A stretch of DNA of 64,000 nucleotides from an uncultured Actinomycetes bacterium. Lineage in GTDB: Bacteria; Actinomycetota; Thermoleophilia; RBG-16-64-13. Shown in pieces: positions 11,083-32,662 of this stretch. Below the pieces are notes generated by a model. It made no database searches. It saw nothing but the letters and a program-made list of their open reading frames with translations, and was not told the origin of the DNA. The stretch's first letter is position 1. Every line of letters begins with the position of its first letter. The stretch spans positions 96,001 to 160,000 of the forward strand of contig CAWJDT010000001.1 of assembly GCA_963841735.1 (NCBI GenBank), given 5' to 3'. Position numbers and translations under genes: made by a program.

Positions 11083-11481
11083 TTACCACACGAAACAGAT
11101 GACTTCGCCACCAACACCCAGCCGCTGAGCCTCCCGAGCCGTCATGAGACCACGCGAGGTGGAGATGACGGCCGTGCCCAGGCCCCCTAGGACCCTGGGG
11201 AGGTTGTCTTTCTTGGCGTAGATGCGGCGACCCGGCTTGCTGACCCTCTTCACCTGCGCGATAACGCGGCGACGGCCGTCAGTGTACTTGAGCTCGATCA
11301 CCAGTTTGTCAAAGCTAGTTTCTTTGACCACCGAGTAAGCGGCTATGTAGCCCTCATCGTGGAGCAGGCGAGCCAACTCCACCTTCTGGATTGAGGCCGG
11401 CATTTCGACCTGGGCATGGAGCGCCTTGTTGGCGTTCCGCACTCGGGTCAGCATGTCGGCTATGGGATCTGTATTAGGCAT
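11083..11481 (-). CDS. rpsH: 30S ribosomal protein S8
   Basis: [25 protein letters not shown]. Confidence 0.98.
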   Translation of the reverse strand: MPNTDPIADMLTRVRNANKALHAQVEMPASIQKVELARLLHDEGYIAAYSVVKETSFDKLVIELKYTDGRRRVIAQVKRVSKPGRRIYAKKDNLPRVLGGLGTAVISTSRGLMTAREAQRLGVGGEVICFVW

Positions 11482-11489
11482 GCCCCCTC

Positions 11490-11675
11490 CTACCAGCTCG
11501 ACTTAGTGACACCAGGGATAACCCCCTGGTGAGCCAGCTCACGGAGACAAATGCGGCACAGACCAAAGCGGCGGACATACCCCCGCGGCCGTCCGCACCG
11601 GAAGCAGCGGTTGTGGACCCGGACGTCGAATCTCTGCGGACGCCCTGCCTTCGCGATCATAGATTTCTTTGCCAT
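11490..11675 (-). CDS. rpsZ: 30S ribosomal protein S14 type Z (61 aa, Zn-binding)
   Basis: RCFRCGR..GLCRIC. Confidence 0.97.
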   Translation of the reverse strand: MAKKSMIAKAGRPQRFDVRVHNRCFRCGRPRGYVRRFGLCRICLRELAHQGVIPGVTKSSW

Positions 11676-11694
11676 GCGCTGATGCTCCTATCCT

Positions 11695-12243
11695 TCAGCT
11701 CTCACGGAAAGGCATGCCCATAAACTTGAGCAATGCCCGTCCTTCGTCGTCCGTCTTGGCCGTGGTAGTGATGGCGATGTCTAGGCCCCGGATGCGATCG
11801 ATCTTGTCGTAGTCGATCTCGGGAAAGATGATCTGCTCTTTTATGCCCAGGTTGTAGTTACCCCGGCCATCAAAGCCGCCGGGGGCTACTCCGCGGAAGT
11901 CGCGGATGCGGGGCAGAGCGATGCTCATCAGCCGGTCCAGCATCTCGTACATACGATCGCCGCGCAGAGTAACCCGCAGGCCCACGGGCATACCGGTCCG
12001 CAGCTTGAAGTTCGCCACCGACTTGCGTGCCCGCCGCACCTGGGCCTTCTGACCGGCGATCTGAGCCATCTGCACAGCGGCTTCTTCCATACCCTTCGCA
12101 TCATGCGTGCCTTCACCGACGCCCATATTGAGAGTCACCTTGGTGACCTTCGGCACCTGCATGACGTTCACGTAGCCGAACTGCTCACGCATCGCCGGCA
12201 CGATGTCAGTGCGATACTTATCCTTAAGTCTAGGAACTGCCAT
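11695..12243 (-). CDS. rplE: 50S ribosomal protein L5
   Basis: [23 protein letters not shown]. Confidence 0.98.
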   Translation of the reverse strand: MAVPRLKDKYRTDIVPAMREQFGYVNVMQVPKVTKVTLNMGVGEGTHDAKGMEEAAVQMAQIAGQKAQVRRARKSVANFKLRTGMPVGLRVTLRGDRMYEMLDRLMSIALPRIRDFRGVAPGGFDGRGNYNLGIKEQIIFPEIDYDKIDRIRGLDIAITTTAKTDDEGRALLKFMGMPFRES

Positions 12244-12245
12244 CG

Positions 12246-12590
12246 CTAACCCTTATCAACCTGGACATTGCACTTCTTACAGTAACGGACCTTCTGGTCG
12301 CCCTGGATCCGCACGCCCACCCGCACCGCCTGGCTGCAGCTCGGGCAGACCAATCTCACGTTGCTGATGTGCATGCTGGCTTCACGCTCGATGACCCCGC
12401 CTTGGGGCACCTTCTTCGACGGCCGCACGTGCCGCTTGATGAAGTTCACGCGCTCCACCACGATCCGCTCTTCGCTCCCGAGCACGCGCAGGACCTTCCC
12501 ACGTTTGCCGTTCTCTTTGCCCTGCGTCACCTCCACGGTGTCGCCCCGCTTGATACGGAACTTCTTGCCGCGCTTTCTGGCCTCTGCCAT
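12246..12590 (-). CDS. rplX: 50S ribosomal protein L24
   Basis: KOW motif [22 protein letters not shown]. Confidence 0.96.
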   Translation of the reverse strand: MAEARKRGKKFRIKRGDTVEVTQGKENGKRGKVLRVLGSEERIVVERVNFIKRHVRPSKKVPQGGVIEREASMHISNVRLVCPSCSQAVRVGVRIQGDQKVRYCKKCNVQVDKG

Positions 12591-12958
12591 CACAGCACCT
12601 CCGGGGCCAGCGAGATGATCTTCGCGAAGTTCTTCTCGCGCAACTCGCGACCCACCGGGCCGAAGATGCGTGTACCCCGCGGATTCATCTGCCGATCGAT
12701 CAACACGGCGGCGTTCTCGTCAAAACCGATGTAGGTGCCATCACGGCGCCCATACGACTTCTTGACCCGTACCACTACGGCCTGGACCACATCGCCCTTC
12801 TTGACAGCACCGCCCGGAGTCGCCTCCTTGACAGCACCGACAATGATGTCGCCTACCCCGGCGTAGCGCCGCTGCGACCCGCCCTTGACACGGATGCACA
12901 AAAGCTCCCGCGCCCCGGTGTTGTCTGCGACCCTAAGTCTTGTCTCCACTTGTATCAT
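12590..12958 (-). CDS. rplN: 50S ribosomal protein L14
   Basis: [24 protein letters not shown]. Confidence 0.98.
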   Translation of the reverse strand: MIQVETRLRVADNTGARELLCIRVKGGSQRRYAGVGDIIVGAVKEATPGGAVKKGDVVQAVVVRVKKSYGRRDGTYIGFDENAAVLIDRQMNPRGTRIFGPVGRELREKNFAKIISLAPEVL

Positions 12959-12986
12959 CGTGTTTCACCCATCCCCAGCCGCCGCG

Positions 12987-13247
12987 CTACTCGGCGCGCT
13001 CAAGCACCTTGATCAGGCGCCAGGTCTTGTCCCGGGAGAGCGGACGGCACTCACGCACAAGCACCGTATCGCCTACTCGAGCCTCGTTCTCCTCGTCATG
13101 AGCCTTCAGACGGTCGGTCGTACGGATGACCTTCGCGTACTTGGCGTGCGGCTTGACCGCGCTGACCTTGACCACTACGGTCTTGTCCATCGCGTCCGAG
13201 ACGACCACGCCCTGCCGTTCCCGTTGTTTTGTGGTCTTCTCTGCCAT
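12987..13247 (-). CDS. rpsQ: 30S ribosomal protein S17
   Basis: GVVVSDAMDKTV, AHDE, ECRPLS. Confidence 0.97.
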   Translation of the reverse strand: MAEKTTKQRERQGVVVSDAMDKTVVVKVSAVKPHAKYAKVIRTTDRLKAHDEENEARVGDTVLVRECRPLSRDKTWRLIKVLERAE

Positions 13248-13436
13248 CAAAGCTCCCTCGCCCGTTCTCTCACGGATTGCATCGTCATGATCCTGGCGAT
13301 GTCCTGGCGCACCTGGTGGAGACGGCTGGTGTTCTCCAACTGACCGGCCGCGTGCTGAAAGCGAAGGTTGAAGAGCTCCTCGCGCGACTGCTTGAGGCGT
13401 TGTGCCAACTCTTCGTCAGCCAGTTCGACAATATCC

Positions 13437-13456
<20 letters not shown>
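13247..13456 (-). CDS. rpmC: 50S ribosomal protein L29
   Basis: [20 protein letters not shown]. Confidence 0.97.
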
Positions 13457-13862
<406 letters not shown>

Positions 13863-13899
13863 CTCTTATCCTCTGATTATGCGGCGTAAGTGGCGCCGG

Positions 13900-14574
13900 T
13901 CACCCTACGCGGGTCTCTGCCTGCCCACGGGACCCCAAGTCGAAGCCCTCGGGCATGATCTCACCCTTGTTTATCCACACTTTGACGCCGATCTTGCCAA
14001 ACGTCGTGTTCGCCTCACAGAAGCCGTAGTCAATATCGGCCCGCAGGGTATGCAGCGGCACCCGGCCCTCGCTGTACCCCTCGCTACGCGCCATCTCGGC
14101 CCCGCCCAAACGGCCTCCGGACCTTACCTTGATCCCCATGGCGCCTGAGCGCATGGCCGAGGTGATAGCCCGTTTCATCGCACGCCGGAAACTCACGCGA
14201 TTGGCCAACTGCTCGGCAATGGACTGCGCGACCAAGTTGGCGTCGAGTTCGGGTCTCTTGATCTCAAGGATGTTCACGTGTACGGCCTTGCCGGTCATGT
14301 CGTGGAGGTCGCGCCGTAACGCATCCACCTCCGAGCCCGACTTGCCGATCACGATGCCTGGCCGAGCGGTGTTGATGTCGATCACCAGCTTGTTCGTATC
14401 CTTGCGGATGATGACCGCGGAGAGTCCAGCGTGGCCCATCTTCCGCTGAATATGCTTGCGGATGGCCATGTCCTCTTGCAGGTAGCTGGCGAAGTGCCTC
14501 TCCGTGTACCAGTGAGCCTTCCAGTCGTGGATGATACCGAGCCGCATGCCTCCGGGATGAACTTTCTGACCCAT
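13900..14574 (-). CDS. rpsC: 30S ribosomal protein S3
   Basis: [28 protein letters not shown]. Confidence 0.98.
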   Translation of the reverse strand: MGQKVHPGGMRLGIIHDWKAHWYTERHFASYLQEDMAIRKHIQRKMGHAGLSAVIIRKDTNKLVIDINTARPGIVIGKSGSEVDALRRDLHDMTGKAVHVNILEIKRPELDANLVAQSIAEQLANRVSFRRAMKRAITSAMRSGAMGIKVRSGGRLGGAEMARSEGYSEGRVPLHTLRADIDYGFCEANTTFGKIGVKVWINKGEIMPEGFDLGSRGQAETRVG

Positions 14575-14577
14575 CTG

Positions 14578-14925
14578 CTACGACTCCTTCTTCTCGTCTA
14601 CGCACACGGTGATATGACTGGTCCTCTTGCGTATGGCGCTGGCTCGTCCCATCGCCCGCGGCTTGAACCGCTTCAAGGTGGGACCACCGTCTACGTACGC
14701 CCGCACCACATAAAGATCGTCAACATCGAGATCATTGTTGTTCTCGGCATTGGCCACCGCGGAATCGAGGACCTTACCCACCAGCTTGGCCGCGGCCCGC
14801 GGGCTCAGGGCAAGGATGGCTTTCGCCTCCGCGACCTTCTTGCCGCGGATCAGTTGAGCCACGTCACCGGCTTTTCGCGGGGAGACCCGCACATATTTGG
14901 CTGTAGCGCTGACCACGTCCGTCAC
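14578..14925 (-). CDS. rplV: 50S ribosomal protein L22
   Basis: [26 protein letters not shown]. Confidence 0.98.
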   Translation of the reverse strand: MTDVVSATAKYVRVSPRKAGDVAQLIRGKKVAEAKAILALSPRAAAKLVGKVLDSAVANAENNNDLDVDDLYVVRAYVDGGPTLKRFKPRAMGRASAIRKRTSHITVCVDEKKES

Positions 14926-15206
14926 TTCCTCTTCATACGGCGCTCTTTGTTGCCACCGTGACCCCGGAATGTGCGCGTCAGAGCGAACTCGCCCAGCCGA
15001 TGACCGACCATGCTCTCCGTAACGTAGATGGGCACATGCTTGCGCCCGTCATGTACGGCGATAGTGTGACCGATCATCTCAGGGTATATGGTCGAGGCCC
15101 GAGACCAGGTCTTCAGCATGCGCTTCTCGCCGGTCTGGTTCATGGTCTCGACCCGCTTCATCAGTCTCTCTTCGACGAAGGGAGCTTTTTTGCTTGAACG
15201 TGCCAC
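14922..15206 (-). CDS. rpsS: 30S ribosomal protein S19
   Basis: [23 protein letters not shown]; GTG start. Confidence 0.97.
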   Translation of the reverse strand: MARSSKKAPFVEERLMKRVETMNQTGEKRMLKTWSRASTIYPEMIGHTIAVHDGRKHVPIYVTESMVGHRLGEFALTRTFRGHGGNKERRMKRK

Positions 15207-15214
15207 TTGCTCTA

Positions 15215-16048
15215 TTACCTCCCTTTCCCGCGTCGCCGGATGATGTACTTGGACGAAGGCTTCTTGGCATGACGGGTCTTGTGACCCAAAGTCGGGATAC
15301 CCCACGGTGTCACCGGGTTACGACCCGGAGGCGTGGAGCCTTCGCCGCCGCCATGCGGGTGATCCACCGGGTTCATCGTGGTACCGCGCACTCCGGGACG
15401 CACGCCCATCCAGCGCTTGCGCCCAGCCTTGCCGGTAACCAAGTTCTCGTGCTCAGCATTGCCGATCTCACCTATAGTCGCCCGGCATTCCAGGCGTAGC
15501 ATGCGCATCTCGCCCGAGGGGAGACGGAGGATAGCGTAATCGCCTTCCTTAGCCATGACCTGGGCCGAGCACCCAGCCGAACGTGCGATCTGTCCGCCCC
15601 GGCCCTTATACATCTCGATGTTGTGCACCACGGTACCAACCGGGATGTTCTTCAGCGGAAGGGCACAGCCCACCCGAATGTCGGCTCCCGGTCCGGCTTC
15701 GATAGTCGCGCCCACGCCCAGCTTGTTAGGAGCCAGGATGTAGCGCTTTTCGCCGTCGGCATAAACTACCAGTGCGATGCGGCAGTTGCGGTTGGGGTCG
15801 TACTCGATAGAGTCGATCCGTCCCGGCACGCCATCCTTGTCGCGCTTGAAGTCGATGATCCGGTAGAGTCGCTTGTGCCCCCCGCCCTGGTGCCGCGTGG
15901 TAATACGGCCGTTGTTATTACGTCCGCCTTTGCGCGGCGCCGGTTTGGTAAGCGACTTCTCCGGCTCGCTTCTTGTGATCTCTTCGAAGGCAGGCGTGGT
16001 CGCGAACCTGCGTCCGGGAGATGTCGGCTTGTAGCTCTTTATTGCCAT
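15215..16048 (-). CDS. rplB: 50S ribosomal protein L2
   Basis: [20 protein letters not shown]. Confidence 0.99.
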   Translation of the reverse strand: MAIKSYKPTSPGRRFATTPAFEEITRSEPEKSLTKPAPRKGGRNNNGRITTRHQGGGHKRLYRIIDFKRDKDGVPGRIDSIEYDPNRNCRIALVVYADGEKRYILAPNKLGVGATIEAGPGADIRVGCALPLKNIPVGTVVHNIEMYKGRGGQIARSAGCSAQVMAKEGDYAILRLPSGEMRMLRLECRATIGEIGNAEHENLVTGKAGRKRWMGVRPGVRGTTMNPVDHPHGGGEGSTPPGRNPVTPWGIPTLGHKTRHAKKPSSKYIIRRRGKGR

Positions 16049-16070
16049 GTCTCTAAAACCGCGTCCCTTC

Positions 16071-16355
16071 CTATGTCGCGCCGAAGAACTCTATCCGGTT
16101 GCCCGGAGCGAGCTCGACCACAGCCTTCTTCCACCGCTTGGTCATGCCCTTATGGGCACCCCTGCGCTTGGGCTTAGGCTTCACGTTTATGGTCTGCACA
16201 CCGATGACCTTGACGTTGAAGATCTCTTCAACCGCGGTCTTGATGTGGGGCTTGGTAGCCCGATAGTTGACTTCAAACGAGTACCGATTCTGGTCGATAG
16301 CCCGGTAACTCTTCTCCGACACGATGGGGCGGATGATGATCTCACGCGCATCCAT
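16071..16355 (-). CDS. rplW: 50S ribosomal protein L23
   Basis: PIVSEKS, WKKAVV. Confidence 0.97.
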   Translation of the reverse strand: MDAREIIIRPIVSEKSYRAIDQNRYSFEVNYRATKPHIKTAVEEIFNVKVIGVQTINVKPKPKRRGAHKGMTKRWKKAVVELAPGNRIEFFGAT

Positions 16356-16993
16356 CAGACATCACCGCCTTCACTCACACCGCTTTCGAGGAAGGAAACA
16401 GCCGCCTCAGTGAACAGCAAGCTCTTCGCCCAGACGTAGTCCTGCACTTCAGCCTCGCCAACCGTCATAGCCCGAATGCCATTCAGGTTGCGGAAGCTCT
16501 TGAGGGCGCAGATCTCTTCGGCTCCCACCAAGACCAAGAGCGGCTTCTCGATCTCCGCCTTGCTCAGCAGTGTGACGGCCCTTTTCGCGGACGGCTCTAC
16601 GAACTCCGCCCCGCTCAGCACGCGGACCGTGCCCCCTGATACCAGGTCACCCAAGGCCATGCGGAACGCCTGGACCCTTTCCTTCTTGTTGACCTTCATA
16701 GCGTAGCTCCGGGGGATAGGCGGGAAAGCCACCCCTCCTCCGGTGAATTGGGACACCTTGCCCGAACCCACACGGGCGCGGCCGGTGCCCTTCTGCTTCC
16801 ACTGCTTGGCCGTGGTGCCGGCGACCTCGCCCCTGCTCTTGGCAGAGGCGGTGCCTTGGCGATGCCCGGCCAGTTCGGCCGTAACCACATGATGGAGCAG
16901 CCCTATGTTGATCCGGTCCTGCACCAGCGCGTCGGCCAACTCGTACTGGCCGACCACGGCACCTTTATCGTCAATCTTTTCGATGGATGGCAT
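16355..16993 (-). CDS. rplD: 50S ribosomal protein L4
   Basis: RQGTA, QKGTGRARVGS. Confidence 0.97.
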   Translation of the reverse strand: MPSIEKIDDKGAVVGQYELADALVQDRINIGLLHHVVTAELAGHRQGTASAKSRGEVAGTTAKQWKQKGTGRARVGSGKVSQFTGGGVAFPPIPRSYAMKVNKKERVQAFRMALGDLVSGGTVRVLSGAEFVEPSAKRAVTLLSKAEIEKPLLVLVGAEEICALKSFRNLNGIRAMTVGEAEVQDYVWAKSLLFTEAAVSFLESGVSEGGDV

Positions 16994-16997
16994 AAGC

Positions 16998-17606
16998 TTA
17001 ACCTTTGATCACGACCAGGGAACCCTTGCTCCCCGGGACCGCGCCTTTGACCATTACCAGGTTCTTGTCCGCGTCGGTCTTGACTACGGTCAGACCCATC
17101 TGCGTGACCCTTACGTTGCCCATCTGTCCCGGAAGCCGGGTCCCCGGATATACCCGGGCCGGATCCGCCGAGGAGCCGATGGAACCGGGCGCGCGGTGGA
17201 AATGCGAACCGTGGTAGCCGGGACCACCAGCGAACCCGTGCCGCTTGATGACGCCTTGGAACCCCTTGCCCTTGCTAACGCCGGTCACTTTGACCTCGTC
17301 GCCGGGGGCAAACACCTCCACCGTCACAGCTTCACCAACAGCCAGCTCATCCTCGCCCCGCACCTCTACCAGATGGCGCTTCGGTGCCACGCCGGACTTC
17401 TTCAGATGTCCAAGCAAGGGCCTGTTCAGCCGCTTCGCCTTGACATCGCCAAACGCGATCTGCGTCGCGGCATAGCCGTCGGTTTCCACCGTCTTCTTCT
17501 GAGTAACCAGGCAAGGCCCGGCTTGAATGACAGTGCACCGCACGACCGTGCCGTCTTCGTTGAAGTACTGGGTCATGCCCAGCTTTGTGCCTAGCAGCGT
17601 CTTCAT
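16998..17606 (-). CDS. rplC: 50S ribosomal protein L3
   Basis: KLGMTQ, SKGKGFQGVIKRH, HRAPGSIG. Confidence 0.98.
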   Translation of the reverse strand: MKTLLGTKLGMTQYFNEDGTVVRCTVIQAGPCLVTQKKTVETDGYAATQIAFGDVKAKRLNRPLLGHLKKSGVAPKRHLVEVRGEDELAVGEAVTVEVFAPGDEVKVTGVSKGKGFQGVIKRHGFAGGPGYHGSHFHRAPGSIGSSADPARVYPGTRLPGQMGNVRVTQMGLTVVKTDADKNLVMVKGAVPGSKGSLVVIKG

Positions 17607-17914
17607 CACAGTTTGATTTCTATGTCTACGCCCGCCGGGAGATCCATCCGCATCAGCGAGTCCACCGTCTTGGGGGTGGGCTGATGGATGTCAATCAGTC
17701 GCTTGTGCGTCCTGATCTCGAAATGCTCCCTCGAGTCCTTGTCCTTGAAAGGGCTACGAATCACGCAGTAGACATTCTTCTCTGTCGGCAACGGGACCGG
17801 TCCTGAAATGGTGGCGCCGGTGCGCTCAGCCGTTTCAACTATGGCCCGCGCGCTCTTGTCTACAAGCTCGTGGTCGTAGGCCTTGAGCCTAATGCGTATC
17901 TTCTGTTGCGCCAC
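17606..17914 (-). CDS. rpsJ: 30S ribosomal protein S10
   Basis: [23 protein letters not shown]. Confidence 0.98.
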   Translation of the reverse strand: MAQQKIRIRLKAYDHELVDKSARAIVETAERTGATISGPVPLPTEKNVYCVIRSPFKDKDSREHFEIRTHKRLIDIHQPTPKTVDSLMRMDLPAGVDIEIKL

Positions 17915-17924
17915 CGAGCAACTC

Positions 17925-19130
<1,206 letters not shown>

Positions 19131-19196
19131 TGAATCCTCCCTTTCTACCTGATTCGCTCAGGCGGCTGCCGCAGCCAGGCAGCCGGTTTGCCTTGT

Positions 19197-21326
19197 TCAG
19201 TCGTTTGAGTTCCGGCCGCCCTGCTGGGCGATTATTTCCTGCGCTATCGCGCTTGGTACCTCTGCGTAGTGGCTGAACTGCATGGTGTACAAAGCCCTTC
19301 CTTGCGTCATCGAGCGCACATCGGTGGCATAGCCGAACATCTGCGCCAGCGGCACCGCCGCCCGGATGACCTGGGCACCCGCCCTGAGTTCCATGCCCAG
19401 GATATGCCCTCGACGGGAACTGAGATCACCCATCACGTCGCCCATGTATTCCTCTGGCACCACCACTTCCACATCTTCGACGGGCTCGAGCAGCACCGGG
19501 TGAGCTTTCCTAGCCGCTTCCTTGAAGGCCATCGATCCCGCGATCTTGAAGGCCATCTCCGAAGAGTCGACTTCGTGGAACGAGCCGTCGATCAACTCGA
19601 CCTTGACGTCCTCCATCGGGAAGCCGGCCAGAATGCCGGTCTCCATGGCTTCTTTCATGCCTGCCTGCGCCGGTCCAATGTATTCCTTGGGCACCGCGCC
19701 GCCGACGATCTTGTTGATGAACGTGAAGCCGGTGCCTTCCTCGCTGGGCTCCATGTTGATGACCACGTGCCCGTACTGGCCGCGGCCACCAGTCTGCCGC
19801 ACGAACCGAGCTTCGATCTTCTGCACAGCCTTGGTGATGCCTTCGCGATAGGCTACCTGCGGGCGTCCCACATTGGCGTCTACTTTGAACTCACGCAACA
19901 GCCGGTCGACGATGATCTCCAGGTGCAGCTCGCCCATGCCGGCGATAATAGTCTGCCCAGTCTCTTCGTCGGTGCGCACCCGGAAAGTCGGGTCTTCCTC
20001 GGCCAACTTCATGAGGCTCTCGCCCAGGCGGTCCTGGTCGACCTTGGTCTTGGGCTCTATGGCCACAAAGATCACGGGATCTGGAAAGTCCATCACTTCT
20101 AGCACGATCGCGCTGCCCGCATCGCATAGTGTGTCGCCTGTGGTGGTGCCCTTCAGCCCCACTGCCGCAGCGATGTCGCCGGAACCGACCTCAGTGATGT
20201 CGTCGCGATGGTTGGCGTGCATTTGCAGGATGCGGCCTACCCGCTCCTTCTTGTCCTTGTTGGCGTTGTAGACATACGAGCCCGCCTTAAGACTGCCGGA
20301 GTAGACCCGGAAGTACGTGAGCTTGCCCACAAACGGGTCGGACATGATCTTGAAAGCGATGGCCGAGAAGGGCTCCTTGTCGTCCGCGTTCCTGACGATC
20401 GTCTCGCCATTATGCGGGTTGACTCCCTCCACCGGCGGCACGTCCAACGGCGAGGGCAGATAGTCTGTCACTGCATCGAGCAGCATCTGCACGCCCTTGT
20501 TTTTGAACGACGACCCGCACATCACCGGCGTAAGCTCGATGTCCAGAGTGGCCTGGCGAATCCCGGCCTTGATGCGCTCCTCCGAGATGGGCTTTCCATC
20601 GAGGTAATCCATCATCAGATGATCATCGCGCTCGGCCAGAGCCTCGATCAACTTAGTGTGGTCCGCTTCGGCCCGCTCCCGCATGTCTTCGGGGATGGGA
20701 CCCTCCTGCCATTCCATGCCCATGTCGTCCTCATAGAGGCAAGCCACCATGCGGACGAGGTCAATGACGCCGCGGAATTTGTCTTCACGCCCTATGGGTA
20801 GCTGAAGAACCAAGGGCCTCGCATGCAACCGGTCGATCATGGTCTGCACGCCGCGGTCAAAGTCGGCCCCTACTCGATCCATCTTGTTGATGAACGCGAT
20901 GCGTGGCACGTGGTACTTGTCTGCCTGCCGCCAAACCGTCTCCGACTGAGGCTCCACCCCTGCTACCGAGCAGAAAAGGGCGATGGCCCCATCGAGCACC
21001 CGCAGGGAGCGCTCCACTTCCATCGTAAAGTCCACGTGCCCGGGTGTGTCTATTATGTTGATACGATAATCGCGCCATTCACACGTTGTAGCAGCCGATG
21101 TGATGGTGATGCCCCGCTCCTGCTCCTGGGCCATCCAGTCCATCACGGCAGCGCCGTCGTGCACTTCGCCGATCTTGTAGGTCCGACCCGTGTAGTACAG
21201 GATCCGCTCGGTCGTCGTGGTCTTGCCCGCGTCAATATGGGCCATGATGCCTATGTTCCGCACCATCCCCAGCGGATGCCGCTGAGCCACCTTTGAGTCG
21301 GTCTTATTTGCAGTCGCTTGAGCCAC
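19197..21326 (-). CDS. fusA: Elongation factor G
   Basis: [27 protein letters not shown]. Confidence 0.99.
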   Translation of the reverse strand: MAQATANKTDSKVAQRHPLGMVRNIGIMAHIDAGKTTTTERILYYTGRTYKIGEVHDGAAVMDWMAQEQERGITITSAATTCEWRDYRINIIDTPGHVDFTMEVERSLRVLDGAIALFCSVAGVEPQSETVWRQADKYHVPRIAFINKMDRVGADFDRGVQTMIDRLHARPLVLQLPIGREDKFRGVIDLVRMVACLYEDDMGMEWQEGPIPEDMRERAEADHTKLIEALAERDDHLMMDYLDGKPISEERIKAGIRQATLDIELTPVMCGSSFKNKGVQMLLDAVTDYLPSPLDVPPVEGVNPHNGETIVRNADDKEPFSAIAFKIMSDPFVGKLTYFRVYSGSLKAGSYVYNANKDKKERVGRILQMHANHRDDITEVGSGDIAAAVGLKGTTTGDTLCDAGSAIVLEVMDFPDPVIFVAIEPKTKVDQDRLGESLMKLAEEDPTFRVRTDEETGQTIIAGMGELHLEIIVDRLLREFKVDANVGRPQVAYREGITKAVQKIEARFVRQTGGRGQYGHVVINMEPSEEGTGFTFINKIVGGAVPKEYIGPAQAGMKEAMETGILAGFPMEDVKVELIDGSFHEVDSSEMAFKIAGSMAFKEAARKAHPVLLEPVEDVEVVVPEEYMGDVMGDLSSRRGHILGMELRAGAQVIRAAVPLAQMFGYATDVRSMTQGRALYTMQFSHYAEVPSAIAQEIIAQQGGRNSND

Positions 21327-21360
21327 TATCTACTTTCCTCGTTATACAGAAGTACGAAGC

Positions 21361-21831
21361 CTACCAACGGTAGTGCGCAAAAGCCTTATTGGCTTCGGCC
21401 ATACGCAGGAGGTCTTCTTTCTTTTTCATGGTCACGCCCGTACGATTGAAACCGTCGAGCAACTCCCCGGCCACCCGTTCAGCCATGGTGTGCTCGCGAC
21501 GCGACCGACTGTGGATGACAATCCAACGGACGGCCAGCGTATACGAACGCCGGGTGGGAACTTCCACCGGCACCTGATAGTTGGCACCCCCGACCCGCCG
21601 AGACCGCACTTCCAGGGCAGGCCGCACGTTCTCAACCGCTTCCTTCAACACGCCAGCAGGATCGTTGCCGGTCCGCTCGCGAAGCAGGGTCATCGCGTCG
21701 TAAATGATGTGCTCCGCAGTGGATTTCTTGCCGTCGATCATCAACCGGTTGACCATCTGGGTGACCAGGCGGCTACGGTAGATTGGATCGGGCTGAATGT
21801 CCCGCTTAGCTGCTCTTGCTCTTCTTGCCAT
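21361..21831 (-). CDS. rpsG: 30S ribosomal protein S7
   Basis: [23 protein letters not shown]. Confidence 0.98.
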   Translation of the reverse strand: MARRARAAKRDIQPDPIYRSRLVTQMVNRLMIDGKKSTAEHIIYDAMTLLRERTGNDPAGVLKEAVENVRPALEVRSRRVGGANYQVPVEVPTRRSYTLAVRWIVIHSRSRREHTMAERVAGELLDGFNRTGVTMKKKEDLLRMAEANKAFAHYRW

Positions 21832-21854
21832 GGGTCCTTACGCCTTCCTGAAGC

Positions 21855-22226
21855 CTACTTGCCCATTTTGGCGCCGTACTTGGAACGGCCCCGTTTGCGA
21901 TTGGCCACGCCTGCTGAGTCAAGAGCGGCTCTGATTATCTTGTACCGCACACCGGGAAGGTCCCGGACCCTGCCACCCCTGATGAGCACTACTGAGTGCT
22001 CCTGCAGGTTGTGCCCGATACCGGGGATGTACGCGGTGACTTCCATCCCGTTGACCAACCGTACGCGCGCAACCTTGCGGAGGGCCGAGTTGGGCTTCTT
22101 TGGCGTGGTCGTATACACACGCGTGCACACGCCGCGCTTCTGCGGCGCGCCTTTTAGGGCAGGGGTCGTAGTCCTCTTGGACTGTGCCTGTCGGCCCTTT
22201 CGGATCAACTGGTTGATCGTCGGCAC
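21855..22226 (-). CDS. rpsL: 30S ribosomal protein S12
   Basis: [24 protein letters not shown]. Confidence 0.99.
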   Translation of the reverse strand: MPTINQLIRKGRQAQSKRTTTPALKGAPQKRGVCTRVYTTTPKKPNSALRKVARVRLVNGMEVTAYIPGIGHNLQEHSVVLIRGGRVRDLPGVRYKIIRAALDSAGVANRKRGRSKYGAKMGK

Positions 22227-22315
22227 ACGTACTCCTAGTCTCTAGATCCGCTGGTTTTCATAAATCGTAGCCCAAGCAAGCGTATACAGCTCGCCTGGCC
22301 GTGCGGCGGGGGCGA

Positions 22316-22344
22316 AGTATAGCAAAGCCCGACTTGGCCTGCAA
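22316..22344 (-). promoter_or_regulatory. sigma70-type promoter of str operon
   Basis: TTGCAG-N17-TATACT with extended TG, about 90 nt upstream of rpsL. Confidence 0.65.
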
Positions 22345-22360
22345 GAAGCGCTCGCACGCG

Positions 22361-26689
<4,329 letters not shown>

Positions 26690-26698
26690 GGGAGACTC

Positions 26699-30463
<3,765 letters not shown>

Positions 30464-30596
30464 AGGGGATCACTCCTCACAAGCCGGGTTTTTGCACAGG
30501 TTCAGCGCGCAACCATGCATGATAACACGACATGGTATGCGCAGCCAGCCCAGCCCAGGCTATATCCCAAAGGACAACCAAGGCCGAGCGTGAAGC

Positions 30597-30639
30597 TCGT
30601 CGGAGGGGCGCCGTGCTCCATACGGCACCCCTCCGACGA
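30597..30639 (-). terminator. Strong hairpin immediately downstream of rplL
   Basis: TCGTCGGAGGGG...CCCCTCCGACGA inverted repeat; weak U tract. Confidence 0.5.
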
Positions 30640-30646
30640 TATCTAA

Positions 30647-31018
30647 CTACTTGACTTCGACTTCGGCCCCGACTTCTTCGAGCTGCTTCTTGACGTCTTC
30701 GGCTTCGGCCTTGGGAATGGCCTGCTTGACCGGGTTCGGCGCACCGTCGACCAGGTCTTTGGCTTCTTTCAAACCAAGGCCGGTGAGGGCCCGCACTACT
30801 TTGATGACGTTGATCTTCTTCTCGCCGGCAGCCTTGAGGATGACGTCGAATTCGGTCTGCTCTTCTTCTTCCGCGGCAGCGGCGGCAGCCGGTGCGGCGG
30901 CGGCAGCCATCGGCACGGCGGCACTCACGCCGAACTCCTCTTCGAGGGCCTTGACCAGGGTGGCCAGGTCGAGTACCGACATCTTCTTGATCTCTTCGAT
31001 TATCTTGTCAGCGGGCAT
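30647..31018 (-). CDS. rplL: 50S ribosomal protein L7/L12
   Basis: EEEFGVSAA, Ala-rich hinge, [18 protein letters not shown]. Confidence 0.98.
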   Translation of the reverse strand: MPADKIIEEIKKMSVLDLATLVKALEEEFGVSAAVPMAAAAAPAAAAAAEEEEQTEFDVILKAAGEKKINVIKVVRALTGLGLKEAKDLVDGAPNPVKQAIPKAEAEDVKKQLEEVGAEVEVK

Positions 31019-31134
31019 ATCTGTTCGACTCCTTCTTGTCTCTTCTCGGATGTTCCCGTTACCTGTTCTTGGCTCATGAACCTTGTGGGCTCCGCCGGCC
31101 ACGCGGCCGGCGCATCGCCGTCTCGTTGTCCTGG

Positions 31135-31663
31135 CTAGGCGGCGCTCGCCTTGCTCTCTTGGACCTGGGCCAATACGACCACAAGTCCGCGAATGGGGCC
31201 ATTCAGCACTGTCACCAGCCCCCTCAGCGGCGCGGCGATGGTGCCTACCAACTGGGCGATCAGCTGCTCGCGGCTGGGCAGCGTGGCCAGTCTTCTCCAC
31301 GTCGGCTGCGGCCAGCACTGAGCGATCTAGCTTGCCCCCGCGGATGGTGGCCTTCTTCTTCTCCTTGATGAAGTCCTGGATGACCTTAGCCACCCGCTAC
31401 GGGATCGCCATGGCAGTAGACGATGGCGGTGGGGCCTGCGAGAAGCTCGTCTGAGCCCCTCCACGCCGGCGTCGGCCGCCGCGATCTTGGCCAGGGTGTT
31501 CTTGACCACCTTGAGGCTGGCGTCGGCTTTCGCCAGACGAGTCCCGCAACTCGGTGGCCTCAGCGAAGGTCAGCCCGCGATAGTCTACAAAGTAGTAGAC
31601 ATCGGTGGCCTTGAGATCCGCAGTGATCTCCTTGACTGCTGCGATCTTGTCCGGTCTCGGCAT
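31135..31663 (-). CDS. rplJ: 50S ribosomal protein L10 (several indels)
   Basis: [35 protein letters not shown] in successive frames; GGAGGTGA RBS. Confidence 0.92.
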
Positions 31664-31681
31664 ACTTAACTCACCTCCTCT

Positions 31682-31833
31682 AAAGAAAATCGTCCACCTC
31701 CAAAAGCAGAGGCGGACGATGACTTCACAGGCTCTATCGAGCCGTTATGTCGGTCTCACTCTGCCTCGGCTGGCGGGTCGGTCTAAACCCGTTCCGCTTC
31801 TGCCGCCGTGGCGGCACCAGCTGTCTTTGGCGG
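31682..31833 (-). promoter_or_regulatory. L10 leader RNA with terminator-type attenuator
   Basis: CCAAAGACAGCTGG...CCAGCCGAGG motif, then hairpin ATCGTCCGCCTC/GAGGTGGACGAT + TTTCTTT just before the rplJ RBS. Confidence 0.8.
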
Positions 31834-32571
31834 ATAGCGACGGGGATTATACCCGGTTATCGCTTCTTCTTCAAGCAGCGCGCGGGTCTTCGAGGTGTCC
31901 AGCGGGACACCCGGGCCCATGGTGGTGGTCATGGTGATGCTGCGCAGGTACTTGCCCTTGGCCGAGGCCGGCTTGGCCCGAACGATCTCGCCCAGCACCT
32001 CGCCGTAGTTGGCCACCAGCTGCTCGGCGGCAAAGGACTTCTTGCCCACGATCAGGTGGATGACGCCGAACTTGTCGGTGCGGTACTCGACCTTGCCGGC
32101 TTTCATGTCGACTACGGCCTTGCCGATCTCGAAGGTCACGGTGCCGGCCTTGGGATTAGGCATGAGACCCCGCGGGCCCAGCACCCGGCCGAGCTTGCCG
32201 ACCACGCCCATCATGTCCGGGGTGGCGATGGCGGCGTCGAAGTCGAGCATGCCACCCTCGATCAGGGCGGCCAGGTCTTCGGCGCCCACGATGTCGGCGC
32301 CGGCGGCTTCGGCCTCAGTAGCCTTCTCGCCCTTGGCGAACACCGCCACCCGCACCGTCTTGCCGGTGCCGTGAGGCAGCATGCACGTGCCGCGCACCTG
32401 CTGGTCGGCGTGCCGTGGGTTGACGCCGAGTTTGATGTGCACTTCGACGGTCTCGTCGAAGTTGGCCGTGGTGACGCTCTTGAGAAGAGTGGCGGCCTCG
32501 AGCGGTGTGTAGATCCGGCCCGGCTCGACGGCCTTCTTGGCTTCTTTGAAGCGCTTGGAATCCTTGCTCAT
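31783..32571 (-). CDS. rplA: 50S ribosomal protein L1 (true stop probably near 31857)
   Basis: [31 protein letters not shown]. Confidence 0.97.
   Translation of the reverse strand: MSKDSKRFKEAKKAVEPGRIYTPLEAATLLKSVTTANFDETVEVHIKLGVNPRHADQQVRGTCMLPHGTGKTVRVAVFAKGEKATEAEAAGADIVGAEDLAALIEGGMLDFDAAIATPDMMGVVGKLGRVLGPRGLMPNPKAGTVTFEIGKAVVDMKAGKVEYRTDKFGVIHLIVGKKSFAAEQLVANYGEVLGEIVRAKPASAKGKYLRSITMTTTMGPGVPLDTSKTRALLEEEAITGYNPRRYPPKTAGAATAAEAERV
31846..31874 (-). promoter_or_regulatory. sigma70-type promoter for rplJL
   Basis: TTGAAG-N17-TATAAT directly upstream of the L10 leader. Confidence 0.75.
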
Positions 32572-32583
32572 CGTGATACCTCC

Positions 32584-32615
32584 TGGTGGTCAGACGGGCC
32601 CCTCGACCCTCCCAC
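32584..32615 (-). promoter_or_regulatory. Putative L1-binding mRNA site upstream of rplA
   Basis: GGTGGGAGGG...GACCACC abutting the AGGAGG RBS; resembles the GUGGGAG...ACCAC L1 autoregulatory site. Confidence 0.65.
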
Positions 32616-32662
32616 CTTCCGGCCCGCTCGCGCGGGCATGTCGGCCGCTTCGCGGCGACCGC

